Below, piece after piece: positions 1 to 12,961 of a DNA stretch of 64,000 nt. Positions within the stretch are counted from its first letter, which is position 1. Every line of letters begins with the position of its first letter. A model generated the notes under the pieces. It had not been told where the DNA came from and did not search any database. It was given only the letters and a program-made list of their open reading frames with translations. Origin of the DNA: Squalus acanthias (Eukaryota); NCBI GenBank assembly GCA_030390025.1, contig CM059432.1, forward strand, positions 121,708,001 to 121,772,000, read 5' to 3'. Both the position numbers and the translations under genes were made by a program.

Positions 1-27
1 TAATTTAGCCATTGGAGTGCAACATTT

Positions 28-750
28 TGTAATGTGATCTTGAAGTTATTAAACTATTCTGATCACCTGACAGTTCCGAATCTTAAATGATGTAAGAAAG
101 TATTGCATTGACTTTAAGATTTGCTTTGCTGTCATATGGAGATTGTAATGTATTATCACATGGTTTGTCACATGGTTTAGTATGAGCATGCTCAGTTCGC
201 TCTGGCCTAGTAAAGCAAGCTCATGAACTAGCAACTGGTTTCTTTGTCCTTCATTTGTTCTACCCACAAATATTACATTTTTGGCGGTGAGGATGGGATC
301 CCAAAGCCATTTTTAGGGATCATGGAAGGACACAGTGTTCAACCTTTGAGTGGACAAGTTTAAGGTGAATTTGTGACACCTAAACTGAATTTCTTGCGAT
401 GTTTTACCGTTAATGCTGATGCAGAATCGTCTGTGCTTCACCTTCACGTGTATGTATACACAGCAACAATGGCGTTGATTCTCACAGGCACACAGGTAGC
501 GTGCTGAGTCACTGTTCAACGGGATCGGGACAATCATGGCCGCGCCTGCAGGATTCATTGGAAACCTCGGCATGTATGACCGAGCTCGCGAACCATTCAG
601 TTCTTACATTGAGCGGAGGGAGATGTTTTTTAAGGCCAATAACATTATTGAGACCGAAGATACAGATGAGAATATGTTCAAGCTCAAACTTGTGAACGTA
701 AGAAAGCTATTTTTCTAACAGAGATCGGGCCAGATGTCTATGGAACAATG
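28..750 (+). mobile_element. Truncated Gypsy-type LTR retrotransposon: 5' LTR (28-277), PBS (282-299), gag start (536-~750)
   Basis: TGTAAT...ATTACA inverted termini bound a 250-bp LTR with AGTAAA at 209-214. TGGCGGTGAGGATGGGAT matches the complement of the tRNA-Ser(GCT) 3' end at 16/18. ORF MAAPAGFIGNLGMYDRAREPFSSYIERREMFFKAN resembles a fish Gypsy gag N-terminus and continues after a frameshift as FLTEIGPDVYGT. Cut off by a CR1 3' end. Confidence 0.8.
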
Positions 751-920
751 ACAGATTCAATAGTAACTTTCAAAAGTGAATTGGATAAATACTTGAAGTG
801 CAAATATTTGCAGGACTACGATGACAGAGCAGGGGCGTGAGACTAATTGGATAGTTCTTTCAAAGAGCTGGCACAGGCAGAATTGCCTCATTCTGTGCTG
901 TATCATCCTATGATTCTATC
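751..920 (+). mobile_element. CR1 LINE 3' end fragment
   Basis: TFKSELDKYL-type ORF2 end, CR1 3' UTR and (tatgattc)-like tail; similar to the ends at 27880-28020 and 38720-38860. Confidence 0.8.
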
Positions 921-999
921 CACAACTAGACAGATCCTATTACACACACGTTGAATACAAACACGGGTGGCAATCGAGTGCCCTGGGGAAGATGTCAGC

Positions 1000-1424
1000 T
1001 TGGGGCCACCGCAGTGTTAGGTAGCCCAGCCGGCCTCCTGGCCAGAAGAATGTAGGGGTTGGTTGGACCTCAGGATGGGGTGGGGGGGTCCCGTAAAGGC
1101 AGCAGTCTAAGCTGGTTTTGTGGATCGTGGAGGAATACTCCTGCTCCTTTCTGGCCCCACAAAAATGAACACAAACTTACCTGTTGGCTCCTCGGGAGCT
1201 AGACCGCCAGCTAATAGTGGGCAAAGCAGGCGCAGCACACACTCACTCTCGAAAAATGGCAAACGGAGTCCCAAGTGTGTCACAGGATGCCGATTTGCCT
1301 AATAAATTGGGGAGAAATCGCGGGGGCCACAGTGACAGCGGCAGCAGGGTGGCATGTCACTCCCTACCATTTGTGGGGAGATACCGCCCCATTTTTGCCA
1401 AACAGGAGGCCTCAAAATCTACCC
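1000..1424. mobile_element. Decayed Harbinger-type MITE remnant
   Basis: Ends in AAAATCTACCC like the 2001-2570 element and shares the ggccccacaaaaa...ttacct motif; left end unclear. Confidence 0.45.
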
Positions 1425-2000
1425 CATGGTTTCAATCTTATTTTTTTTTTTGGCTTGGTAATGCATTGGGATCTTCTTTATATCTCATGAATCTCTTGCA
1501 AAGGCCTCTTCTTTCTAGAGATTGCAATCAATTGGCCAACAACCTCATCCCAGGTCTCCCAACTGGTTCGGCAGTTAGATACAATCACGTACCAAATTTG
1601 GCTGTATTCTATGCCGTTGCATCCTCCACTACCACCAACACCTCTCACTCAGAAAAGTATAGAGCTTCTGAAACTGTTTAGTTTAGCATGCTATTTTCCA
1701 ACCAGTAATGTTACCTCCGAGTTCACTTATAGGGGCCATGGAGCTTATTTCCTGCTTGTTGATGTACTTAACAGCACATGTTGCTGTACACTGATTTAAT
1801 AGATTAACTTAACTTACTGTAAGGTAAAATGCATGCATCTAAACATGGAGCGCAACCAACTCAATAGTGGCTACATGCAATCACTGCCACAAGACTGTCA
1901 ACGTCCAACAAAGAGAAAGCAAACACTATATTCGCTACAAACATTTATTGTATCATTTTCATTTGCTTTAGTTTTTACTGAAGCTGTAATAAAAATGTAG

Positions 2001-2570
2001 TGGTGGATTTTAACTATAGGGTGACCAACCGACCGAGTGCGTCCCCTGATCCTGCTGGCAGGAGGCACCAGTTGGTGTCCGTAGCTTGCTGGTGACATGG
2101 TAAAGAGGTCCAGCCAATAGTTAAAGTATATCCTTGCAGCTCGCCATCTCCGGGCTGATGCAATGTTGAGCCGCCCGGAGGCCAACCCAACCGGCAGGAA
2201 GGTAAGTTCTTCTGCATTATTCTTGTGCAGCTAGGAGGAACTTCTCCCGGCCCCACAAAAAATATTTTTAAACGTACCTTTTCTGGTGCCCTCCTGCTGT
2301 ACCGGCCGGTAAAACAGGGTGACGCATGCATTGTGCATATTCCATCCAGTTGTCCATCAAAATTGCGATCTGGATGTTATGCGCGTCATCGGCCCCCAAT
2401 ATGCATAATAAAGGGTCTACTGCCTGAAACATGTGGGCGCTCTGATTGGCCAGGGTAAGGCCCACTTTAAGAATGGCGCTGGCCAGAGTACCAGCATAAA
2501 TGGGGTGGTAAACCATTCAAGGGTTGTTACCGCCCCGTTTACACCGAGCAGCCCAAGTTAAAATCTACCC
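2001..2570. mobile_element. Harbinger-type MITE
   Basis: Imperfect TIRs TGGTGGATTTTAAC / GTTAAAATCTACCC around a CpG-rich interior; TSD not recognisable. Confidence 0.6.
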
Positions 2571-4017
2571 TGTAAAACTTGTATCAGTAGGCGGCGTGCT
2601 GTCTTATCAAGTCAACTGTTAAATCATTGCATAATTCGTTTTATGCAAACCTGGTAAAGTACTGTGGAAAATATATGGCAGCACTTGAGTTTTCTGGAAA
2701 AAGTGCAAGTCAATGTCCTCTTCCTACGTCTGATGAAAGATTCTGTCATACTTTCAGTATATTAGATTAATAGGAACAAGTTGGAAACCTTGGTTATTTC
2801 AAAGGACTAATTAGTATGAAACTCATCTCTTTCAATGGTTCTTCAAATGAGTTAAGCTTCATGGGATACCAGCATCCTACTGTTAATAACGCAGTTCATT
2901 TAAATTTGACCCTTTTTTAAATCAAGTAGAGTGATATGTTTTATGTTTGCATGTGGTTAATTGAGTATGAGAGGGCCCCCTGATGGGAGCCAGCATACTG
3001 CTGCAATTACACTCTGGAGTCTCCTTTCATACCAAATATCATATCCAGAGAAATTGTTCAAGACAGTCTGAAATAAAAGCAACCATTACATTACCACACC
3101 AACGTGAGTGTTTACTGGGCACAACACACAGAATGATGTATTTACACGATAAAAATGTCAATCAGGCCTCATTTAATTACCTGTTTACAATGATTTCTCT
3201 TTAGGTCCCTAATTAAATGTTTGTAATGATAAACTAACTCCTCTTCTTATTGAAGGTTTCTAGACTCTAAAAAAGAGTTCAATTAAAAAAAGAGAATAGG
3301 TTGGCTAGACATTATCTAATCCAAAACTATATTGATTGTCAATTGTAATTTTCTATACATTAGCGGTGAGCTCAAAACCACATTTCAAACCCGAGGTCAT
3401 TTGAATTGGGTCAGATTGAATTAACTTGTACATCCTTATTTAAGCCACTTCTGATGCTCTTTAATTTTATTTCAAGAAAACTAGCACGCATACACACACA
3501 GCTATAAAATATTCTTCTATGCATGCTCTACCTTTTTACCTGACCAGTCATAGGTTTTTACTGTCATCATGGTGCCATTTTGATGGTCATCAAGTAACAA
3601 TTCTCTACCTCTAGTTAGAGCCAGAAGCTCAGAAATTCCAGAGGCTTTTGGGGGCAGGATTCAAAAAGAACAGAGTTCCACCAATTCTAAAATATACCAT
3701 AAGTTCCAGTGGAAATGGGGCTGGGCGGAAGGAGGAACAGTGGCGGATATATGCAAATGATAAGATAAAGAGGAAATAACCTGTTCCATCAAAAATTACA
3801 CTATTGCACTGGCTTAACTCAGGCCTTTATAAAAAGAAGCAATGGTTACCTGCATAAGTTGCCGAGCCAGGAAGTGATTAATTTCACAGGCTCTGACTGT
3901 TCATATATTGAAGCTGATATCTCAGTTTTGAGTGGAGCAATTTGAATTTTACTACTAAGAGGGGATTCCCCAAGCTGCTGTTCAGCAGTTTCAGGCAGGG
4001 AAGTCTTTTTTCCCCCT

Positions 4018-4195
4018 ATGGGCATTCCCATATATGTCCTTCTATCGGAGGCAGAACAAGAGCAGAACGAAGAGTAAATGAGAGAGGCACGCAGGATAAG
4101 GTTAAGCCGAAGGAGAAGAAGACAACTAGCTTGCTTCTACCAGAGTCTACAGAGCACAGTGCGCCTTTACAGATCTACTAAAGGAGGTGGCAGCT
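4018..4195 (+). pseudogene. Harbinger transposase N-terminal remnant
   Basis: MGIPIYVLLSEAEQEQNEE..REARRIRLSRRRRRQL..YRAQCAFTDL parallels the start of the transposase at 56116 (hydrophobic, acidic, Arg-rich, then FREQFSYLNL). Confidence 0.5.
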
Positions 4196-4223
4196 CAGCA
4201 AGGAAGGATTGCAGCAACTCTAT

Positions 4224-4576
4224 GGCCTGGAAATTCCTGGGATCCAGCTCGGCCACTGTAAGTGTGGTGGAGCAGAATCGCCGCCCATAGTTGCCTAAGG
4301 CCAGAGCCAAGTTCCCGGGATGAAGCTATTTGCATAGCTGGGGCAGACTGCCAGTGTCTGTACGTGCACATCAGCGGCAGTTACCCCCACCCAACTTGAT
4401 CCGCCCTTCTAATGTGGAGCAGAGTGGTCCCGAGGTCCAAATGGGCTGAAGAAAGAAAAATGTTTTTTCAGTCTTCAGCTTCAACTAGAGCTACTTGATG
4501 CTAGAGAAGGTACACTGGTGTACTTTAGTATTACGAGAAAAAAACTCCTTCCCTCCACAGACTAAAATTTCTGGCC
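4224..4576. mobile_element. Decayed Harbinger-type MITE
   Basis: GGCCTGGAAATT ... AATTTCTGGCC imperfect terminal inverted repeats. Confidence 0.45.
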
Positions 4577-4939
4577 TTGAAATACAAGGGGCAAGTACAA
4601 CTGGTGGGAACAAATTCAACTGTACATGCTTTATCTGAGAAAAGGACAGTTTTTAGAAGTAGGACTTTCTGATCTACTACAAAGAATGAGAAGATGTTAA
4701 TCAGAGTGAATAAATAAATTGGTTCAAGTACAGAGCTGCCGACTTGCTATCACCTGTTTCGCACTATCGCACAAAGCCAAGATGTACCCCAAGGAGTTTG
4801 CACATCTTTGGGACAAAGCAAAATTGTGAGAGCCATTTTAGTAGGACCTCCTGATAGGGCTCCCATTACAGGCAGATTCTTGGTCATTTTACTAGGAAGT
4901 TGCATTGATGTAATGAACTGTTCAATTGTCTGTAAGTTT

Positions 4940-5877
4940 GGCCCGGAATTTGTGGTCAGTGGCGTAGCGACAACGTTTGCCTTTGACCTCGAAGAAAGCT
5001 GCCCACAAAGATCTTGTGATCTCTGTGGCAAAAGCGTTAGCCTTCTCGGCGTTAATTTGATTGTATCGCTGTCAAAAAGGGATCTCTCGTGTTCTGCAGC
5101 AGTGATGTCATCAAGCTGGCTAAGCAGCCAATCACATCGAAGAATTCTCACAAACAGCAAACCAGGAAATAAAAATCAGCTTTTATCATTCACTTTTTAA
5201 AAATTTTTAGAGGCCAAAATAAAAATTGAGACATACACATGGGGTTAAGGTAAAAGCTGAAGTACCATAAACAAACTTAAAAACAATAAGTATATATATA
5301 TTTTTTTATTATTTTAAAAATCTAGCAATTTTTATCATAATGGAGAAATTTGACATTCCGCAAACAATGTTCCCTGTAAGCTGCACTTTGTTCTGCGAAG
5401 CCTATTTCTTTTAGTGTGCTGTCCCTTTAAATTTCTGTGCATGCGCGGTATTTAAAATGGAGAAGCCAGTGAATGGCCTGCGCGGGACCTTTCCCAGTGT
5501 TGCACGGCCGCATGGCCACGCGGCTTAGAGGGAACATTGTCCACAAATATAAAATTAGTTTTTCAGGGCCAGAATGGTTGTTCAGCAGTCAAAACCCAGT
5601 TACACCTCTTTCAATAAGACTTTCATTTTTAATGACAATTTTAACATTAGAGCGGAAAAGGGGAAGTTTTCGTCAGTTCAAATGATTACAGTGATTGCCG
5701 GCTCTAGGGAGTTCCACAGCGTGGCCTGTGGCAGAGCAGGGAATGACTGACCGCAACTTGAGGATTTTCGGGTTTATCTGCGCATGCACTAAATCCTGAA
5801 GCTGCTGTCAGTTTTAGAGAGGTAATGACGGCAAACGCTGACAGTTTTGCTGCCATTACCACCGCAAAATCCGGGAC
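4940..5877. mobile_element. Harbinger-type MITE with nested hAT-like MITE
   Basis: TIRs GGCCCGGAATTT / AAAATCCGGGAC, flanks TTT/ATT; AT-rich core. Confidence 0.7.
5365..5539. mobile_element. hAT-like MITE
   Basis: TIR CAATGTTCCCTGTAAGCTGC matches the right end at 18/20; 8-bp TSD TCCGCAAA (5357-5364) / TCCACAAA (5540-5547). Confidence 0.85.
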
Positions 5878-6588
5878 ATTAACTATAGCACCCAGGTGGG
5901 CTTTGCAACCTCTAACACTAATTAGGCAATGCAAATAGCTTGGCCCAAAGTGACCATATGTCGATGATAGGAAACGTCATTTAAAGCAATCCCTAAAGGG
6001 TCCATAATTTGATTAGCTTTTCTTCAAAAGGCTACTAAACTAATCCAACATTTTCACAGCCAGGAGCAGATTCTGGAAACAATGTAATATTGTCATGGCT
6101 TTAGATAGAGAAGTGTATTCACACACATACTGAAAAGCAGGAGCAAACCTCTTTCACCTAGCGCTTAAAGAAACCAAATTAAACTGGCCCTATTTGACCT
6201 AACTAAAATCTTACAGGAAAGGATGAAATATAGAATTTGGTATGAATGGAAATTAGATGGTTCCTGAGGCAGATTATATTGTAATAAGGGGATTAGTACA
6301 AGTGTGTCTGATTTTAAAATGTAGGCACATTGTCTTTTACTGTCAGGAATACCTGTGGGAGGTTTTTTTGTTTTGTTCAGCTTGCCACTGTGCAGAGCTC
6401 AATAATCAGATTGGATAAGAGTCATTTGTTTAACATTGGCAACAACTTCATTGTGTTGCTGTAGTGTGATTTATGGATAACATTGATACAATGTTATGAG
6501 TGGCATTTATCAGCAAGAGTGAAACAGATCACTAACATGTTTCAAGATTTTATGCCTTGTTTATTCCTGAGTGACATACATCACACAT

Positions 6589-7146
6589 CGCCTCTGCGTC
6601 AAGAGGCTATGGGTTTAAGTCCCTCTCCAGAGACTTAAGCACAAAATCTAGGCTGACACTCTAGTGCAGTACTGAGGGAGTGCTGCACTGTCGGAGATGC
6701 CGTCTTTCGAATGAGATGTTAAACCTGCTGTCTCAGGTGGATGTAAAAGATCCCATGGCACTATTCGAAGAAGAGCAGGGGAGTTACCTCCAGTGTCCAG
6801 CATACATATGAACATACGAACAATGACGGACAGGTGAAGACCATCTGGTCCATCCAGCCTGTCCCACACAATTGTGATACCGTATGTCGCAATTGTGTTG
6901 GACAGAAGAAGAACAGGGGAGTTAACCCCGGTGTCCTGGCCAATATTTATCACTCAACCAACATCACTAAAAGCAGATTATCTGGTCATTATCACATTAC
7001 TGTTTGTGGGATCTTGCTGTGCGCAAATTGGCTGCTGCGTTTCCTACATTACAACAGTGACTACACTTCAAAAAGTACTTCATTGGCTGTAAAGCGCTTT
7101 GGGACATCCTGATGTTGTGAAAGGCACTTTATAAATGGAAGTCTTT
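6589..7146 (+). mobile_element. Deu-domain SINE (SacSINE1-like), interrupted at 6799-6904 by a CR1-like 3' end
   Basis: tRNA-like B box, core ATGTAAAAGATCCCATGGCACTATT...TGTCCTGGCCAATATTTAT and L2-like tail; about ten copies in the window. Confidence 0.85.
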
Positions 7147-7553
7147 ATATATTTTTCCTTTTCCCTGCGTCTTTATTGTATTGAGATCACAATGTACCAC
7201 ATATTCTCCGACTTTAGCTCATTCTTTCAGGAGCCCAAAATCTGCAATTTTGTTCCTCCCTAAGTCTTTCCTCCCTCCTATAAATTTCAGTCTTTTAAAA
7301 CCCAAGCTGAGTGTAACTTATTCACAGCTTCCCAACTTGCTTGGTTTCCTCTTTGACATTTTTGAACCCTAGCAGTGTCCTACATTATCGGCCTTGCCTT
7401 CTCAAGAGTAAAGAAATGACGTCAATGAGAAAGAAAATCGGGCGTGATATAAAACAGGCTGCTGATTCGCTATTGCCCATTTCGCACTACTGGCATAGAC
7501 CCATTTCACCCCCACTAGCTGTTGGTTAGACTTGTGAGAGACATAAAGAAGTT

Positions 7554-7670
7554 GGGGCCGAAAATCCGCAGACCTTCTGGCTCATTTCCAAAGGGTCAGC
7601 ATTGGAAAATCCCCGGCAGATCCTTCTTGGTACTTAAGTCGGGATGAATCAGCAGTGGATATTTGACCCC
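7554..7670. mobile_element. Small MITE
   Basis: GGGGCCGAAAATCCGC ... GTGGATATTTGACCCC imperfect TIRs. Confidence 0.45.
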
Positions 7671-8704
7671 ACTGTATCTTAGAAGAATTGAAAGAATTAA
7701 GATTTACATTTCCCCATCAGAGGACCTGCAGAAGATGAAGATGCATACCCTGACAAACTCCTGACTTCATGGAGAAAGAGTCGGTGGATGTGTCATTTAA
7801 CTCTCGTTTACATAATCATTTGATAGAAAACTGGATAGCCATGAAATGGATAACTTTGGTAAGAGGCCATATGATGACAGATCCGAATAAAACCCAGAGC
7901 CAGATGGTTTACAGACATATTTGCGGTGCTGGTACAGCTGGCATTGCCTAGTCATAGATTTCCTTCCACATGCTGTTATCACCATATGTCATTGCATTTA
8001 AAGAGAGAGTGAATTCACAAAGTTTCAACTTTCTATGCCATTTTTTTCTCCCAACCATCTTTGCATTTGGTAGTAACTTCATATCCTCTGAATTATTTAC
8101 AAATTAGATAGTATCGAGGATGGTAACCTTATTCCTGATGCATCATTGTCAAATCACTTGCATATTTCTCCCGAACCTTCATGCTCCTGTGGGACTGCAA
8201 TCACATCATAGAGTAGATTTTCGCAAATTTGTATTGCTGGCAAATTAATTTTAATGGATCGAAAATCCTGCGAGGCCAATGATCTGCTCACCTGATTACC
8301 TGGTACACACATCCAGCACACAAGGCGGGATTGTAAATTCATAAAATCTACTATTATGTTTCCACAATCTCTACACACTTGATGCAAATGGATAGTAATG
8401 AGCTGTTGCCATCTGCTGACAGATACAGCTGGTACTTATATAGTCCCATCACTATGTACAGTCTATATACATATCGTAGATGAAGAAACTTTAGTTCCTA
8501 CCTTTAGAGAAAGAATTCTATTGCATCAACAGGATGTGGAAGTGGGCATTAGAAGCCTCTGGGCAACAATGCAGCAAAGTATGCAGAAATTGCCCTCTGC
8601 GTAACACAATGGCATGGCCTATACTGAAGCTTTAGTCCAGGACTTCTTACGCACCAGTAGAAATCCAGTAAGTTTGTCACTCTTTCTTCAATATTGATCC
8701 TTAA

Positions 8705-8850
8705 CAAAAATACAGGAAACACTCAGCAGGAGTATCAGCGTCTGTGGGCAGAACGAACAAGTTAATATTTCAGGTGTGGACCCTTCGACAGAATTGGAAG
8801 ACATTACAAAAGGAAAGGATCAGAACAAAAAAGAAGGGGGATGGAAAAAA
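8705..8850 (-). mobile_element. Penelope-like element terminal fragment with degenerate hammerhead
   Basis: Homologous to 37035-37210; minus-strand core reads CTGTCGA...GAAA (catalytic box mutated). Confidence 0.7.
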
Positions 8851-9591
8851 GACCCTTCCCTCTTAAATCTTCCACTAGTAAAATAGCAGAGTTTAAAGTC
8901 CCATGTTTTCTGCTAATAGTTAGTATGACCAGTACAATGTTGGTAATATGCTGAACCGTGCTGGGCCGTAGAACCAGTGCCAAGTTCCAATTACCATGGT
9001 CTTCTACAATACATGATCATTTCCATTAAATATTGTTAGTAGTTCATGGATACAGATAATAAAATCGCTAACTGTTCTCTAAAAGTACCTTTTTACTTCA
9101 AATCATATTGGGAGAAAATGTTAGCCCCAGTTCTGTGATCCTGGCAAAATTGTGGCTGCACAGTTCTGTGGCATGCTGGCAAAGTGGGCCTAAGCTACAC
9201 TGAATTTTGCAATACGAGTCCCCCCCCCCCCCTAATTTGATTACCGGCACAGGAAAGTCTTATCCTGAGAGCTAGGCCTAAAGCAAATTTGTCTGAGAAG
9301 CGCAATATCCCATAGAGGCAGCAGCTCTTAAAGGGCTGCAGCTTACCATAAAAGCACAATTACTCTTGGTTACAGAAAAGGGGACTAATTGTTCACAATC
9401 GTACAGCAGAGACATATGAGCGACATTCCTCCCTTTAATGCTGAATATTTCCAAGTCCTGCTGTAGGACCTGCACCAAGGTGATCCTATTTAGATCTGAT
9501 GACCACTCTCCCTTAGAAGCATAGGTGCCAGCTGCATGGCGAGAAGTCACCAACTGAATTAATGCAGTCACTTAGTTCCCCGTACACCCTG

Positions 9592-9665
9592 GAGGTCCCA
9601 AAGCACTTTACAGACAATGAAGTACTATTGAACTATAGTCACTGTTGTAATGTAGTGAAGCACGG
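9592..9665 (-). mobile_element. Deu-SINE 3' fragment
   Basis: Matches the reverse complement of the SINE tail (CCCAAAGCACTTTACAG...GTCACTGTTGTAATGTAG). Confidence 0.7.
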
Positions 9666-10456
9666 CTGTGATAATCTTCACTTCTACAGGAAGAGTCCCC
9701 CTTGATCCAGGTGTTATGTGCTGGCCACTGTAAAAAAGTTGGCATAACTCCATGGCTGCTTGATTTCTGACATGGAGGCAGCAAAATCACATCTCTTCTG
9801 ATATGTATAGATACTTGTGAAGGGGTCGATAAAGGCAGAATAGTGAAGGGTGTGACCAAATGTCTCAGGGTCATTGCACCTGCATTTGTTAGCCCATCAT
9901 GAACTTCTCTTCTTCATTTTGATCATGCAGCACATTGAGAACCTCCGGAGGAATACTACTTCTTCACGAGATGCAACATCAAAGCCAGCAACAACCAAGA
10001 ATAATGAAGCAAAGTACTGATGGGCAGAAAAAATAAAGGACTACCCTGCAAAACTAACTAATGCATGGAGTAAAATGTAGCACGGGTACATGAAATGAAA
10101 TCGCCCACCAACACAAAACTCAACAATGATGTACCCTTGCCTATTAAGAAGCCTGCTTCAGCTGGCCAAACCCTGGGATTGCTAGATCTCCAGTTAGCAC
10201 AAATGAAGCTCACACTGTGATGCCCTGCGAATCAGGAATGCGAAGTTGAGTGTCTGATTTACTGATCCACACCCTCTGAGGAGCCTTGCAAAATTGACTT
10301 TGTTATGTCGAAACCCCCTCTGCCATCGTCATGGAACAGTATACTAACAAGCACTCATGTTGCTCCAATTCGCAGCTAAATTTACCTTCATAAATATTCA
10401 TTAAAAAATTCAATAGCAAAATGCAATCTAACCACGTTGGGCAAATTTATCATTGA

Positions 10457-10542
10457 GAGGTCGCACAACACCAGGTTATAGTCCAACAGTTTTATTTGAA
10501 ATCACAAGCTTTCGGAACTATCGCTCCTTCCTCAGGTGAAGT
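10457..10542 (-). mobile_element. Penelope-like terminal repeat (pseudo-LTR) fragment
   Basis: CACAACACCAGGTTATAGTCCAACAG...TTTATTTG end with minus-strand AATAAA, next to a hammerhead motif; typical of fish/shark Penelope ends. Confidence 0.75.
10502..10539 (-). ncRNA. Minimal type I hammerhead ribozyme motif
   Basis: Minus strand: UCAC-CUGAGGA-A-GGAGC-GAUA-GUUCC-GAA-AGCU-U-GUGA. Stem I UCAC/GUGA, CUGANGA and GAAA cores, 5-bp stem II, palindromic AGCU stem III, UH site. Confidence 0.8.
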
Positions 10543-11384
10543 AAATTGGATACAGAATCGTCAGAGCATATATAGATGGAAAAAAAAGCATGTGTACTTT
10601 ACAATTGCAGACCAATAAATTAAATCATCCTGACTATCTGCCGAGGTGTGATAAAGTTAATTAAGTCAGCCAGGAAGGTACCACATCAAAAGACATAGCA
10701 AGATACAACTGAGACAATGAGGTGAAGTCGCAGGGGTTCTAACGTGTCAAAAGCTGCCGTATGTATGTAAAACGAAAAGCTTTAAAAAAAAATTTACTTT
10801 TTTACTGGGAAAATTTTTACTTTTTTACTGGGAATCACATCTGTGAACAAGCTAACGACGACTCGAGTCCGGATCACGTCATGTATCGTGACATAAACCC
10901 AAGATCCCGATTGAGACCGTCTTTTTTTCATGGAAATTTATCATTGCCATGAAGAAAATTATTTGGAAAGAGCTATGAGCTCACTATTATTGGGTCAATA
11001 TTTCAAACATGTAAACCAACACATAAGCAACAAACTGCACAAATTAATTTTTGCAGCTGAAATACTACATGCAGGTTCTTGGAAACAATGCAGAAAGAAA
11101 AAAGTGAAACAGGAAGGAAATGGAACAAACGTACAGGCCACAGATGGATCCCAGACCCAGCCAACTCTCAAAGTGATCAATAAGTACTTTGGAACAAGGA
11201 GAAACATGAAACAAAGTACAATAAAACACAAACATATGGGGTAATTTTTGAATTGTAGGGCATTTTACTTCTGCTGTTAACCTCGGCACAAAACTCTCTT
11301 AAACTACCGCATTCTCAACTTCCTTGCATTCTACCATATCGTAATTAAATATCTGAGCTATTACTCCAATATTAGAATAAAGAA

Positions 11385-11820
11385 AAAACTTGCATTGGTT
11401 TAGCTCCTTTCCCATTCACAGGATGTCCCAAAATATTTGACAACAAATGAACTACTTTTTTTGTGTTGCGCAGGGAAACACGGCAGCCAATTTGCACACA
11501 GCAAGATCCCACAAAAATAAAATAAATACATAAATGACCAGGGAAAGTCTTTTTGAGGGTATAGGTTGAAAGACGACCTTGATATAACACTGGGGGAATT
11601 CCCTGCATTTCTTCAAATAGTGCTGAGGGACCTTTTACATTTACCTGAGTGGGAAGATAGGGTCTCAGTTCAACATCTCATTCAAAGGACCGCATCTCTG
11701 ACAAGGCAGCACTCCCTCAGTACTGCACGGAAGTGTCAACCTAAATAATGCACGCAAGTCTGTAGTGGGACTTGAGCCTATAATTCTGAGGCTCAGTGGC
11801 AAAAGTGCTGCCAACTAAGC
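11385..11820 (-). mobile_element. Deu-domain SINE, diverged
   Basis: Reverse-complement match to the SINE over most of its length. Confidence 0.8.
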
Positions 11821-12961
11821 TTTATCCCCATAAATGAGCCACTTAACCTACGCAAAGAACACAATGTAAAATCACGATGAAAGAAATTATTGAATATAGT
11901 GGCTAGAAAAGATACTGGTCTTCAAATTACGACAAAATGTAAAAAGCTTTTTTTTCTAGGCATAGAGCCAATTTTATCATAGCCACTTGACCACACTAAG
12001 GCAGTGGCCAGAATTATTCGAAGGATGGTTCATTACTTGAAAATTGGTGGAATTGTATATAAAGAGAGTCAATGACCTCAAATGCTGTGCTAGGTTTAAA
12101 TTGGAGCACAAGAGAAAAATAGATACTAGACCATCCAATTACAAAAGGCCATCAAAAAAAAAAGTCACAGATGAGACCAGAGAAAATGCTTGCACAGATA
12201 TTCCAAATGAAGTGCTCTTTTGCAGGGTCAGTTCATTTAAATAATTAGCATAGCTCCCACCACAGCTTTAGCCTTTCTCTGACAGGTGGATTAATAAGGG
12301 AGATGGAAAACCTGTCTCGCAGTTGAAATTCAAAGGTGTATGCCTACCTGAAATTAGGTGGCTGCATACAGGACCAGATTCAGCCTTTCTAATGATTCTA
12401 AATGGACTTGAAAGATTTGTCAGTCTTTGCCAAGTGTGGGGCAGGGGATGAAATGCCAGGAAATAATGTGGAGGCATGAAATAGTGTCTGTGGACAGATG
12501 AGGAACTGACGCAGTTTGATGGCTGGCAAAGTGGACGTGCTGCTGCTGCATGGCATGAGTGCAAGAAGGGCCACTCAGTTTGGTACCACAGGGCATCCAC
12601 TGCAGAGGATGGCAGTGCACATGTCTGAGAGCAAATGGTGGCCAGGCTCAGCAGCTTGTACTCTATGTGGCTGTCATCTGCAATGCTCTGCACTCTTCAG
12701 AATGCTACCAGGGAAACATTCTGTGCCCTGTCAAACTGATGCCTCCTTTCCACAGAAAAGTGATAAATGTGTTGCCTCTTACGAAAAAAAATTCTTTGGA
12801 CAGCCGACTGACAAACTCGGCATATGTTGCCAGTGGTGGATTAGTGAGTGGTACTGCTGACGTTCAAGTTGAATGCAGTAGTGACCTGCACACCCACAGG
12901 AAGGGCTGTCCTAGTTGTACAGGTTGTCTGCAGGCCGTCCTCCAGAGGATAGCATAGTTAA

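Noticed and set aside
12268..12957. Overlapping 114-141 aa ORFs as a gene
   Set aside because: No recognisable domain or convincing splice signals; consistent with chance ORFs.
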